Below are positions 15,283-23,774 of a DNA stretch of 34,847 bases, in pieces (position 1 is the stretch's first letter; each line of letters opens with the position of its first letter). The stretch lies in IMG/VR virus record IMGVR_UViG_3300038673_000693, positions 1 to 34,847 of that record. The stretch is one strand, 5' to 3'. The translations under genes and the position numbers were made by a program. This DNA is from a virus. Taxonomy: Duplodnaviria; Caudoviricetes. The notes beneath the pieces are model-generated. The model saw only the letters and a program-made list of their open reading frames with translations, ran no database searches and had not been told where the DNA came from.

Positions 15283-16830
15283 ATGGAACAGCAGAAAGTT
15301 ATAAACTCTACAAGGTCTTTTAGTGGCTTTAGAGAAAGAGCAGAAGACCTTTTATACAGACTTTTTCCTCAGAAGCTGGATTCCGGTGAGGTACACGGAA
15401 TACATATAGGTCACCAGAAGGACATTGACCCCGGTATGAAAGGTGGACACAGGATACCTGCCACACCGTCAACAATGTCTTCTGCCCTTTTCTTTGCAAC
15501 AGCGGATTCTATGATGAATCCCGGTCTGATTGCTAACGAAGACGCGAGGAGAAAGACCTTTGAGAAAAGAGTTGATGAGACTCTTGCCAAGCTTGCTTCG
15601 GCAACAGTAGACAGCCTTATGGCGAAAGGTATTGAAAAAGACAAAGCTGAGAAGCAGGTTCTTGATTCAATGTCTTCTATAGGCTGGTATGACAAAGCCA
15701 CAGGCACATTCGTTGTCGAGAGAATTGCTTCTCAGGTAAATGACTCTGTGCTTACAGGTTTGGAAACACCGTACTGGAATATTTCTGTTCTGCAGAAAGT
15801 TTTCCGTCAGCCTTTCCTCGAAGGTTATGCTACAAGGATGGTAAGCCCACAGGCTGTACCTAATATGTGGGCTGACCTTGTACAGATTTTCACAGCTTCT
15901 TATGAAGGTCAGGCGCGTATAAGTTCTGTTGCAAAAGGAACAGGAGAGCATAATACATCAGTTGGTGTAAAAAACCGTGTGAACACAATGATCTCTGAGG
16001 TCCTTAACCTCGTGATTGATTATGAGTCACCAACACCAAACGAACTGCATGTGCTTTCTCAGCAGGGAAATTTCCTCGGTGGACAGCTTGTAGGAGACAG
16101 GGATGCTTATGCTAACCTGATGCTCAGAACGCTTAAAAATAATCTCTATTACTATGGAGCAGATGAGTTTGACGGTCTGTACCAGATAGCTGATAGAGAT
16201 GCAGCAGCACCAGGGGCTATATCAACCATGAGTCTTTACAGCGGAACTCCGCTTAATGATATATGGGATACAGACATGGTGTCCGGTGCAGCAGGGCTCA
16301 CAACAGGGGCAACAGTTGTTAAAGCGTTTACTTACATGATGGGTGAAATCATGGAGTCTCTTAACTTCATGCCTAAATCCGTAAGGATTGCAGTTTCGCC
16401 AACTGTATACAAGGTGCTCAAGTTCGTCCTCACAAGTGATGCCTTTGTGCAGAAGTCTCCTCTATCTTTTATCAACACAGCTTTTGAGTTTGGTAACAAG
16501 ATTATAGGAACCATGTCTACACAGGGACTTGACCAAACATGGTCTTCCTTTGAGCTTATGCCTGACCCGATGCTTGGAGCTAACACACCAGGGAATCCGA
16601 ATGACTATGATATTATGTTCATCACATTCCCGGAATGGCAGTCTGCTCTGGAGACAAACGGTCTGAGTGATGTAATCATTGCTCCTACACTTGTAGAGAA
16701 CATGATTCTTCCTTCTGCTCCCGGATACAGAGACGGAACAGTCAGGACATCAATGACAAGGATAGGTTCGATTCTTGCTCCTATCGAAAGGTCAGTTTTC
16801 TGTATCAAAGGGTTTGGCGTACAGGGCTAA
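15283..16830 (+). CDS. Major capsid protein (HK97 fold, DUF2184-like) with N-terminal extension
   Basis: 515 aa, AGGAGG RBS, position in the head module, NNLYYYG...GL segment. Confidence 0.8.
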   Translation: MEQQKVINSTRSFSGFRERAEDLLYRLFPQKLDSGEVHGIHIGHQKDIDPGMKGGHRIPATPSTMSSALFFATADSMMNPGLIANEDARRKTFEKRVDETLAKLASATVDSLMAKGIEKDKAEKQVLDSMSSIGWYDKATGTFVVERIASQVNDSVLTGLETPYWNISVLQKVFRQPFLEGYATRMVSPQAVPNMWADLVQIFTASYEGQARISSVAKGTGEHNTSVGVKNRVNTMISEVLNLVIDYESPTPNELHVLSQQGNFLGGQLVGDRDAYANLMLRTLKNNLYYYGADEFDGLYQIADRDAAAPGAISTMSLYSGTPLNDIWDTDMVSGAAGLTTGATVVKAFTYMMGEIMESLNFMPKSVRIAVSPTVYKVLKFVLTSDAFVQKSPLSFINTAFEFGNKIIGTMSTQGLDQTWSSFELMPDPMLGANTPGNPNDYDIMFITFPEWQSALETNGLSDVIIAPTLVENMILPSAPGYRDGTVRTSMTRIGSILAPIERSVFCIKGFGVQG

Positions 16831-16857
16831 TCTAAGAGCTTAAAGGAGGAAATATAA

Positions 16858-17367
16858 ATGGGTATAAAATATGTAAGGAATACAGACGATGCTACCATCG
16901 TCTGTAAAATTCCCTCAGATAAGAGCAAGGTGTTTATCTTTAAACCAAAAAAGATTGATAAGAGAAACAACGTTGTTCTTTCTAACGGGTTTACCGCTGT
17001 TACAGAAGAAGACCTGAAGCTTCTTCGTGCTGAGAGTTCTACTTTTATTTACTATGAGAATGCAAAAAGACTGACTCTCACCGATATTCTTCCGCAAGAA
17101 GCAATGTCTCCTGACCAGCTAATTGATTCTTTAAGAACAGAAAATGCTATTCTTAAAGAACAGATAGCAGCAAATAGAGGCAATGAAAAACTTGCGGAAC
17201 TTCAGAAAGCTCTTCAGAATGCTCTTGTTACAATAGATGAGCAGGAAAAGATGATAGCAGAAAAAGCTGCTGTAATTGAAGAGCAGGAAAAGACAATGGT
17301 AGCACTGGAAGAACAGGTTGCTGTTTTATCTGAAGAACAGGCTTCTGATACAGAGGAGAAAGAGTAA
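16858..17367 (+). CDS. Head-associated hypothetical protein with coiled-coil C-terminus
   Basis: 169 aa, AGGAGG RBS. Confidence 0.7.
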   Translation: MGIKYVRNTDDATIVCKIPSDKSKVFIFKPKKIDKRNNVVLSNGFTAVTEEDLKLLRAESSTFIYYENAKRLTLTDILPQEAMSPDQLIDSLRTENAILKEQIAANRGNEKLAELQKALQNALVTIDEQEKMIAEKAAVIEEQEKTMVALEEQVAVLSEEQASDTEEKE

Positions 17368-17898
17368 ATGAGAAACACGATTAGTCTGTCAACGGCTGAT
17401 CAGGCTATATTTGTTTCCGGGTTGCCTGCGCCAATCACCCCTGAAGATTGGCGCAGGTATCACCTGCAATCTTTCCCGGTTTTTGCGGATGCTGATCAGA
17501 GAGAGATTACAGATGCAATTCTGGAAGAGGCTATTGAATCTGTCTACTCTATGTGGGTAGGTGTCTCATATCTATGGAGTGGTCATGATAAGCAGGTATG
17601 GTTTGAGAAGACCAGACTTTGTTACAGGCTTCTGATATGCTGGTATATTGCGGACCTTTACCCAGAGTTTTCCAGCGGAATAATGACAACAGCAGGGCTG
17701 CCTATTGTCAGCAAGAAAATAGGCCCGGTATCTATTGTTTACGGAAAAGAAGCTTTAACACCAAACTCGATTGATCTTCTTTCACCGTTGCTTTCTAATG
17801 CTTTTGGAGCTAAGGCGCATTTAATGATTAAGACAAGCTACAAGAGGACTAAGATTACGAACGGTATTTTTAATCCTGTACCAAAAAGGAGATACTAA
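17368..17898 (+). CDS. Head-tail adaptor (DUF4054-like)
   Basis: Position, plus SKKIGPVSIVY and L-x-SNAFG segments typical of these adaptors. Confidence 0.65.
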   Translation: MRNTISLSTADQAIFVSGLPAPITPEDWRRYHLQSFPVFADADQREITDAILEEAIESVYSMWVGVSYLWSGHDKQVWFEKTRLCYRLLICWYIADLYPEFSSGIMTTAGLPIVSKKIGPVSIVYGKEALTPNSIDLLSPLLSNAFGAKAHLMIKTSYKRTKITNGIFNPVPKRRY

Positions 17899-18185
17899 TG
17901 TTACAGAGGCAGAGTGAGAAAAACCTTTACTTTTCGACAAAGGTAGAATTAAAAATTAACGATGTTGTTTACCGTCCTTCTATTTGTTACCCGGTTCCTT
18001 CTTTAGCAAGAAAGAGTCTGGAAAGATATGAAGCAGAAGGAAAAGTTGTTTTCTATGAGAACAGGGTACGGTTTGTAAATGGCGCAGTAGCTGTACTGCC
18101 TGCGGATAAAACAGAAACAGGAGTACCTTCTGTTGTACGCGAGGAAACAGCAGAAAGCAAATCTTCAAAAAGGAAAAATAAGTAA
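17898..18185 (+). CDS. Hypothetical protein (neck region)
   Basis: 95 aa, TAATG coupling at both ends. Confidence 0.7.
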   Translation: MLQRQSEKNLYFSTKVELKINDVVYRPSICYPVPSLARKSLERYEAEGKVVFYENRVRFVNGAVAVLPADKTETGVPSVVREETAESKSSKRKNK

Positions 18186-18595
18186 TGTCCTATTACGGTG
18201 ACCTTCTCTCAGCTTTCCCCGAACTCCTGAAGGAGTACCAGATATTTACGATGGAACCGCTTGCAGGAGGAGGTTACCGTAATAGGACAAATCTTTTTAA
18301 AAAACGGGGAGCTTTTATCAAAGGTGCAAAAAGTTCCACAGGTATCCAAGGTGAGGCGAGAGTCACGAATGAGGCAGGTGTCTTTTATTGTTATGAACTT
18401 AAGGCTTCACAGAGAACACCACAAGGGGTTTACTTTGAAGAAGATAACCAGATATTTATAATCAACGATGATCAGGTGTACGCAAGAGAAGCAGGCTTCG
18501 CAGCTTATGGCTGCCAGATAGTTCAAGGTCCGACAGACAGACAAGTGGAAAATTTAGAAGTGGAACAACGCACTATAACGGACTACCCTCTCTGA
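18185..18595 (+). CDS. Head-closure/neck protein (positional call)
   Basis: 136 aa, beta-rich, coupled start. Confidence 0.55.
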   Translation: MSYYGDLLSAFPELLKEYQIFTMEPLAGGGYRNRTNLFKKRGAFIKGAKSSTGIQGEARVTNEAGVFYCYELKASQRTPQGVYFEEDNQIFIINDDQVYAREAGFAAYGCQIVQGPTDRQVENLEVEQRTITDYPL

Positions 18596-18596
18596 T

Positions 18597-19391
18597 ATGA
18601 AAATACAATCTTTCACCAGACATCTTACCGAAGAAAGCACCGGGTACGCAAAACTGAAAGACAAGAAATTTCGGAAGATAAGATATAATGAAGCTGAAAA
18701 AGCAATAATGGAGAATGAGGCTGGCGCTGCTATAGCTGGGGTTTCTGTTTACTTTAAAGATGATCCTGATTTGTATGAAGAAAGCTACTATAAAACCTTT
18801 GAAGAAATTAAGACACAGAGACATGTTGAAACAATCGACCAGCAGGACTTTGAGGTTTTTTACAGCTTCTCAGGAGCTATAAGAGGAGATAGAAGATACG
18901 GGAATGCCAACTGGTCTGCCCGGTTTTTATATGAATTTCTCTGTACGGGGTTTAATGGTGGAGAGCGTTTTGTGGACACTTATCTTAATACTCTTTTTGT
19001 TACTCGTCCTGTTTATGCTACCTTGAAAGAACTGGTTGAGCATGTTCAATCAGCTATTGAAGCAAAATGGAATGAAGGGAACCTGAAAGGGGGACAGTGG
19101 GGAGCTTTCTATCGATTTCAGGAAGCACAGATGGCGTACCTACAGAATGGACTGGAAAGATTCAGTAGAGAAATAAGAAATGATATTATACTTTGCCTCA
19201 GCACAGGGCTGATCCCCTTAAGATTTTCTCTGGCAAAATCTACAGTAGATAAAAGACTGTCTCTTGGTCTGCAGGGGGACACACCATTTTATGCAACTTC
19301 TTGGCTTATAAATCAGCTTGAGGTACATGTAATCCTCGGCAGTTCTAATACAGGCACTATGTTTTATTCTGATACTTACAAGGGGAGATAA
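18597..19391 (+). CDS. Neck/tail-completion protein (positional call)
   Basis: 264 aa; C-terminal LAKSTVDKR...TPFYATSWLIN resembles virion morphogenesis proteins. Confidence 0.55.
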   Translation: MKIQSFTRHLTEESTGYAKLKDKKFRKIRYNEAEKAIMENEAGAAIAGVSVYFKDDPDLYEESYYKTFEEIKTQRHVETIDQQDFEVFYSFSGAIRGDRRYGNANWSARFLYEFLCTGFNGGERFVDTYLNTLFVTRPVYATLKELVEHVQSAIEAKWNEGNLKGGQWGAFYRFQEAQMAYLQNGLERFSREIRNDIILCLSTGLIPLRFSLAKSTVDKRLSLGLQGDTPFYATSWLINQLEVHVILGSSNTGTMFYSDTYKGR

Positions 19392-19393
19392 AG

Positions 19394-20002
19394 ATGGCTG
19401 GACTGGACTTTAGAATTTATGGAGTAAATTTTGATACAGTGAAAGAGGCACTGGTAGCCTTGTATTTTAAATACCAGGGTATCAGTGAAGAAGAACTGAA
19501 CAAATGCAGGCAGTATGTAATACCGATGCAGCATAACTTTGAACAGCCGATAAAACCCGGAAGCCAGGATACGTGGATACAATTTTGGATTGACAATGAC
19601 GATAGAATGACACAGGATGAGAATAAAGACGGTATAAACTGGACAGTAAAGGTAGCACATATAACAGTAAGATTTTTAGGGGTAAGGGCCGAGGCATGGG
19701 CGAAAGCGTTTCATCATTTTTCGGGACGACAGACACCAAACACAATATGGTATCATTATTGCAATGGTGAGTCTCTGGAATATATCAGTCCTATTATACC
19801 TACAAATGTAAATTATTTCGGAACAGGTAATACAACTATAGCCTTTACATTGAGCTTTAATCTGAAATATCACGAAGGTCTTGATTTCAGACCGGTTAAA
19901 GGCGAAGACACACTACAAAGACTTAAGTATATTTCGCTTGCTTCGGGAAGTATAAATAATATAGTACGTGAATTACAAACGGCTGACGGCGAGGCCGAGT
20001 AG
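19394..20002 (+). CDS. Tail terminator (positional call)
   Basis: 202 aa immediately before the sheath gene; GGGGAG RBS. Confidence 0.6.
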   Translation: MAGLDFRIYGVNFDTVKEALVALYFKYQGISEEELNKCRQYVIPMQHNFEQPIKPGSQDTWIQFWIDNDDRMTQDENKDGINWTVKVAHITVRFLGVRAEAWAKAFHHFSGRQTPNTIWYHYCNGESLEYISPIIPTNVNYFGTGNTTIAFTLSFNLKYHEGLDFRPVKGEDTLQRLKYISLASGSINNIVRELQTADGEAE

Positions 20003-20027
20003 CCAGAATAAAAGGAGGTACAACTAA

Positions 20028-22109
20028 ATGAATGTGAATTACATTGGTAGCTTCGCAGAACAGAATATGATGTTTCGTTCTTCTGTTGATGTTGTCGAAG
20101 TAGTATCTAATGAGCCATTCCATTGTCTTTCCGTGTATATTCCATCGAACATAGCCCCTGCCGTCATCCAAGGTTATGAGAACGATGCTGTACAGCTTTC
20201 AAAGACTAAACCGTTGGTTTACTCTTGTGATGTTCAGAACTATGCGGATATTATGCAGGGTGAGTTACTTACTCAGATGCAGCCTATTTTCAGAGATGAT
20301 TCCAACACAGAGGTAATGATTTATCTAATCGTATTCTACTGTGATGGTCTCGCTGATGACTGGAATGTCGCTGCTTCATCAATCGAGTATGCACCTCTAA
20401 CAGCAGCGTTTGAGAAGCTTTATTTTATAAGTTATCTCAAGATGCTTTTTGACCCGAATATGAACGGTTCACCAGCAGAAGTTCCGAGTATAGGAACAAA
20501 GGCACATTTCAATTTTACAGTAATCAATACTTCTAAGACCACAAGAGTCGAAGGGTCTGTTGCTGGAACGATTGAAAACAACACCGCTTCTGATGTTACT
20601 CTCCCTGCAGGAACAGTAACTTCTGACAACAATTATTCGATTATTGTTGGTACAGGCGATGTTGTTATACCTGCGAATGGTTCAGTTTCTTTCGGCACAG
20701 GGTCTCCTGATGATGTGGATATCACAATCAGGACTACTCCTACATTTACAGGGGATTTCCCTCTGGCCCTGCCTCTGACAGCAGTTGACTTAACTACGCT
20801 TGCTTCAGGCAGCCCTATTACATGGGGAGCTATAACGATTGTTCTTAGTGCAATCATAAACACAGGACAGGTGGCTGATAATCCTGTAGGTGTGACTATC
20901 GATGCCGGGGATTATGTATTCACAGATTCAGGTGGAGTTGTTTACAATGTAAATATTCCAAGTGCCATAAATCTGACTGCAGCAGGCGGACAGCCCTCAA
21001 GAAAAATCAGTGCTGTTGCAGCGGTCGTAGGACATCTGGCAGATAGTGTGTCAGTTACAAGAGCCGGTTTCTCTCCTGCTTTTGGGCATGTTACCAATCC
21101 TCTGACACCAGGGACTATTTCTTTCACATTTAATACAACAGATTTTGTTGCAGGTACAGAAGCAGGTGTTACTCTTTCTGTTCCTTCACAGTTCTTCGAT
21201 CTGTCTCTTGCGCTTGCTTATCTGTGTAAGCTTAATCCTTCTCTGTCTCAGTTCTGGTCACAGGTCAGGTTGCAGCTTTTTGCAGATGATTTTCCTAATG
21301 TTGTTCTTGCTGCAGGAGAAAAACTTTCTGATTATGACCCGAACAAGTGCTGGATAAGGTCTGCTTCAGTCGCAGAGGAAACAGCAGGGATACCAAATCT
21401 TGCTCTTGCTTCTGCTGCGACAAGGGCGAAGTTTTACTGGGGAGCACTGAAGCTCATGCAGGCAAACAATACTTTTGTTGCTGTGCATTGTGAGCCAAAT
21501 GACCTTAATGGTGTAGCCACAAACATTCTTTCAGAAGTTCTTGCTGTATGGTTTGCGACTGTTAATGCCTCCGGGCTTTATGTCGGGAATAAGGTACACA
21601 ATATACGTCTTTCCAGTGGTAACATAAAACCGCTTGGATGGCCTTCTCCTTTGAACAGTGCAGTTAATGAGAATGACGCCAAGGCAGTTGATGTGCTTGT
21701 ACCAAAAGGAGTTGCTTATCTTCAGACTATTTCTGATAATAGTCTTGAGAACTGCAGACTTACTTACGCAAGAACTCTTGATGGAGTTTCACTAAATGCA
21801 AAAATGATTGCTAAATGGGTTGATTATCGTTCAGCAATGGAGTGCGCTAATCTCATTACAGATAAAGGGACTCTCACAGACCCGGTACTGACAAATAATG
21901 AAGCGTATATTCGTATCCAGTCGATTGTAGGTAACAATCTGGCAAAGTTTTCCGGTACAAAAAGACTCTACAATATAAAACTTACCTTCCCTTCTTTTGC
22001 GACTGCTAAAGTCGGTCTTAATGCACTGGAAGCTGCTTCGGCATGGTCTGCTTTATATGTAGATGACCTCGATAAAGTCACCGTAACTGGTGGCATTTCA
22101 GAACTGTAA
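20028..22109 (+). CDS. Tail sheath protein with inserted beta-rich domains
   Basis: 693 aa, AGGAGG RBS; position and C-terminal LDKVTVTG segment fit sheath proteins. Confidence 0.75.
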   Translation: MNVNYIGSFAEQNMMFRSSVDVVEVVSNEPFHCLSVYIPSNIAPAVIQGYENDAVQLSKTKPLVYSCDVQNYADIMQGELLTQMQPIFRDDSNTEVMIYLIVFYCDGLADDWNVAASSIEYAPLTAAFEKLYFISYLKMLFDPNMNGSPAEVPSIGTKAHFNFTVINTSKTTRVEGSVAGTIENNTASDVTLPAGTVTSDNNYSIIVGTGDVVIPANGSVSFGTGSPDDVDITIRTTPTFTGDFPLALPLTAVDLTTLASGSPITWGAITIVLSAIINTGQVADNPVGVTIDAGDYVFTDSGGVVYNVNIPSAINLTAAGGQPSRKISAVAAVVGHLADSVSVTRAGFSPAFGHVTNPLTPGTISFTFNTTDFVAGTEAGVTLSVPSQFFDLSLALAYLCKLNPSLSQFWSQVRLQLFADDFPNVVLAAGEKLSDYDPNKCWIRSASVAEETAGIPNLALASAATRAKFYWGALKLMQANNTFVAVHCEPNDLNGVATNILSEVLAVWFATVNASGLYVGNKVHNIRLSSGNIKPLGWPSPLNSAVNENDAKAVDVLVPKGVAYLQTISDNSLENCRLTYARTLDGVSLNAKMIAKWVDYRSAMECANLITDKGTLTDPVLTNNEAYIRIQSIVGNNLAKFSGTKRLYNIKLTFPSFATAKVGLNALEAASAWSALYVDDLDKVTVTGGISEL

Positions 22110-22120
22110 GGAGGTGAGTG

Positions 22121-22966
22121 ATGTCATACGGTCCTAATAGATGGGGTGTACACCCTAAATCCACAGCAATAAAGGCTGGTGGTATCAAGATGTTCTACAG
22201 GCATCCAAAGCTTGCTGGACATGTCTTTAACGGGACTAACATTGATGAGATTGATGTTAGCCGTGCCTGTAAACTTAATGATACTTTTCTCGATGCACAG
22301 CCTGCAATGGATAGCGCATATCAGGAAGTACTCGTTGATGGGTCTGTTATCACTATCACAAATAACCTTCTCGCTGGTACTCTTACACTTCAGGTACTTG
22401 AGCAGGGAGGTTTCGTTGGAAGAGGTTGCTTTATTACAGCACTGCAACTCGTACAGTCCAGCGGTGACAGTGTAGGAGGGACATTTACTACAGTGAGAAA
22501 CTTTGACGGTATCACAAGGATACGGGTTTATTATGGAGTATTCGTCCGTAATGTTCCTCACGAAAGGGTTGCTGGTAACGCTGTTGTTCCTTATCCTGTA
22601 CAGCTTTATTACTCAGGATGGTTTGATGGTGTTGGTTCAGAAGATGTTGTGAACAGAGACTACATCTGGGCTGTTGGTAACAGCAGAGGTACAAAAGGTA
22701 TCTACAGACCTTTTGCAGAAAACCAGAAAGATGCAACTGATCCTGAATCCGGTGCTGTTGCTCCTGTTCCTGTTCATACTGACCTTACTGGTGGTAATGT
22801 GGATGATACTACTGCTTTTATGGACATACCGGGCATTCAGCCTCCTGTTGAGGATACATCAGGTGGCGAAGTTAACCTTAACTATAGTTATGGTGATATT
22901 CAGTATGAGCAGCCTGCAGGTGGTCAGAGCACATCAGACATGAAGTATTTCGGACCGACACCATAA
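22121..22966 (+). CDS. Tail tube protein with acidic C-terminal extension
   Basis: Follows the sheath gene; AGTLTLQVL-type strand; GGAGGTG RBS before ATG 22121; terminator downstream. Confidence 0.7.
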   Translation: MSYGPNRWGVHPKSTAIKAGGIKMFYRHPKLAGHVFNGTNIDEIDVSRACKLNDTFLDAQPAMDSAYQEVLVDGSVITITNNLLAGTLTLQVLEQGGFVGRGCFITALQLVQSSGDSVGGTFTTVRNFDGITRIRVYYGVFVRNVPHERVAGNAVVPYPVQLYYSGWFDGVGSEDVVNRDYIWAVGNSRGTKGIYRPFAENQKDATDPESGAVAPVPVHTDLTGGNVDDTTAFMDIPGIQPPVEDTSGGEVNLNYSYGDIQYEQPAGGQSTSDMKYFGPTP

Positions 22967-22997
22967 GGTAAAGGTCTGCCTTTTATATTTCTCCTTG

Positions 22998-23032
22998 AGA
23001 CTCCCCTGCTTAGTCAGGGGAGTCTTATTTTT
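22998..23032 (+). terminator. Rho-independent terminator
   Basis: AGACTCCCCTG-cttagt-CAGGGGAGTCT then TATTTTT. Confidence 0.88.
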
Positions 23033-23082
23033 ACTTGACATTAAATACTTTCTCTGGTTTATAAACTACAGGAGAAAAAATA

Positions 23083-23580
23083 ATGGAAGATATAGCACAG
23101 CAAGTTACAGGGGTTCCAAAGCCGAGAAGTTTTATAGTGGATTCTTCTGTCCTTCAGCATCAGGAAGAGTATGATGCTATAAAAGAAGAAATTAAAGAAC
23201 ATAGAGTTATCTTTGAGTTTCCCGGAGGAGTGAACGACATTGACCTTCTTACCAGATGCAGGATGTTATGTTCAACTGATAATTTTGACCTTTGTTATGA
23301 AACAGTTCTTGAAATGCTTGAAGGTAAACCTGTGAAAATTTCTCTTCGTAATTATGATAACAAGACAACGACTTTATTTGCAGAATTTCAGGTTGTGAAT
23401 AAAGATATGGACCTTAAGTCTGTTCCAGTACTTAACGAGTACCCTATAATTGTTAATTGGATGGTTGAGTTTATTGTAGGGTTAGAGTTAAAAAAGTTTC
23501 CGCTGCCTTTACGTTCGTCTTCGGAAAGCCAGGTAAAGGCAGAGAAAAAAAGCAAAAGGCAGAAGAAGAAAAACCAGTAA
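23083..23580 (+). CDS. Tail assembly chaperone (G-like)
   Basis: 165 aa between tube and tape measure genes; AGGAG RBS; contains a slippery site. Confidence 0.8.
   Translation: MEDIAQQVTGVPKPRSFIVDSSVLQHQEEYDAIKEEIKEHRVIFEFPGGVNDIDLLTRCRMLCSTDNFDLCYETVLEMLEGKPVKISLRNYDNKTTTLFAEFQVVNKDMDLKSVPVLNEYPIIVNWMVEFIVGLELKKFPLPLRSSSESQVKAEKKSKRQKKKNQ
23490..23542 (+). promoter_or_regulatory. Programmed -1 ribosomal frameshift signal
   Basis: In-frame A_AAA_AAG (23490-23496), 6-nt spacer, perfect 10-bp stem CTGCCTTTAC/GTAAAGGCAG. Confidence 0.85.
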
Positions 23581-23774
23581 ACTTGCTGGATTCTTATTTT
23601 ATCTCTTTAAAGAGTAAACATTTTCCCAGTGACTTATTGTATCTGGCCTTTAGTTTTTTTAAATATTTTCACAGCAGACCAAAATCTTATTATGAATTGT
23701 TTGAGTTCTGCAAACTAAAGGAAATAGACGGTCTTGTTGAAGACTATGCTAAAAGGTTGAGTGAGGCAAAATGA
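23496..23774 (+). CDS. T portion of the G-T chaperone fusion (about 230 aa in total), reached by -1 frameshift
   Basis: The -1 frame is open from the slippery site into track ORF 23583..23774, which has only a TTG start and no clear RBS. Confidence 0.8.
   Translation, partial: VSAAFTFVFGKPGKGREKKQKAEEEKPVNLLDSYFISLKSKHFPSDLLYLAFSFFKYFHSRPKSYYELFEFCKLKEIDGLVEDYAKRLSEAK

Noticed and set aside
23583-23774. Independent 63-aa gene
   Set aside because: TTG start without a clear RBS; better explained as the frameshifted part of the chaperone.
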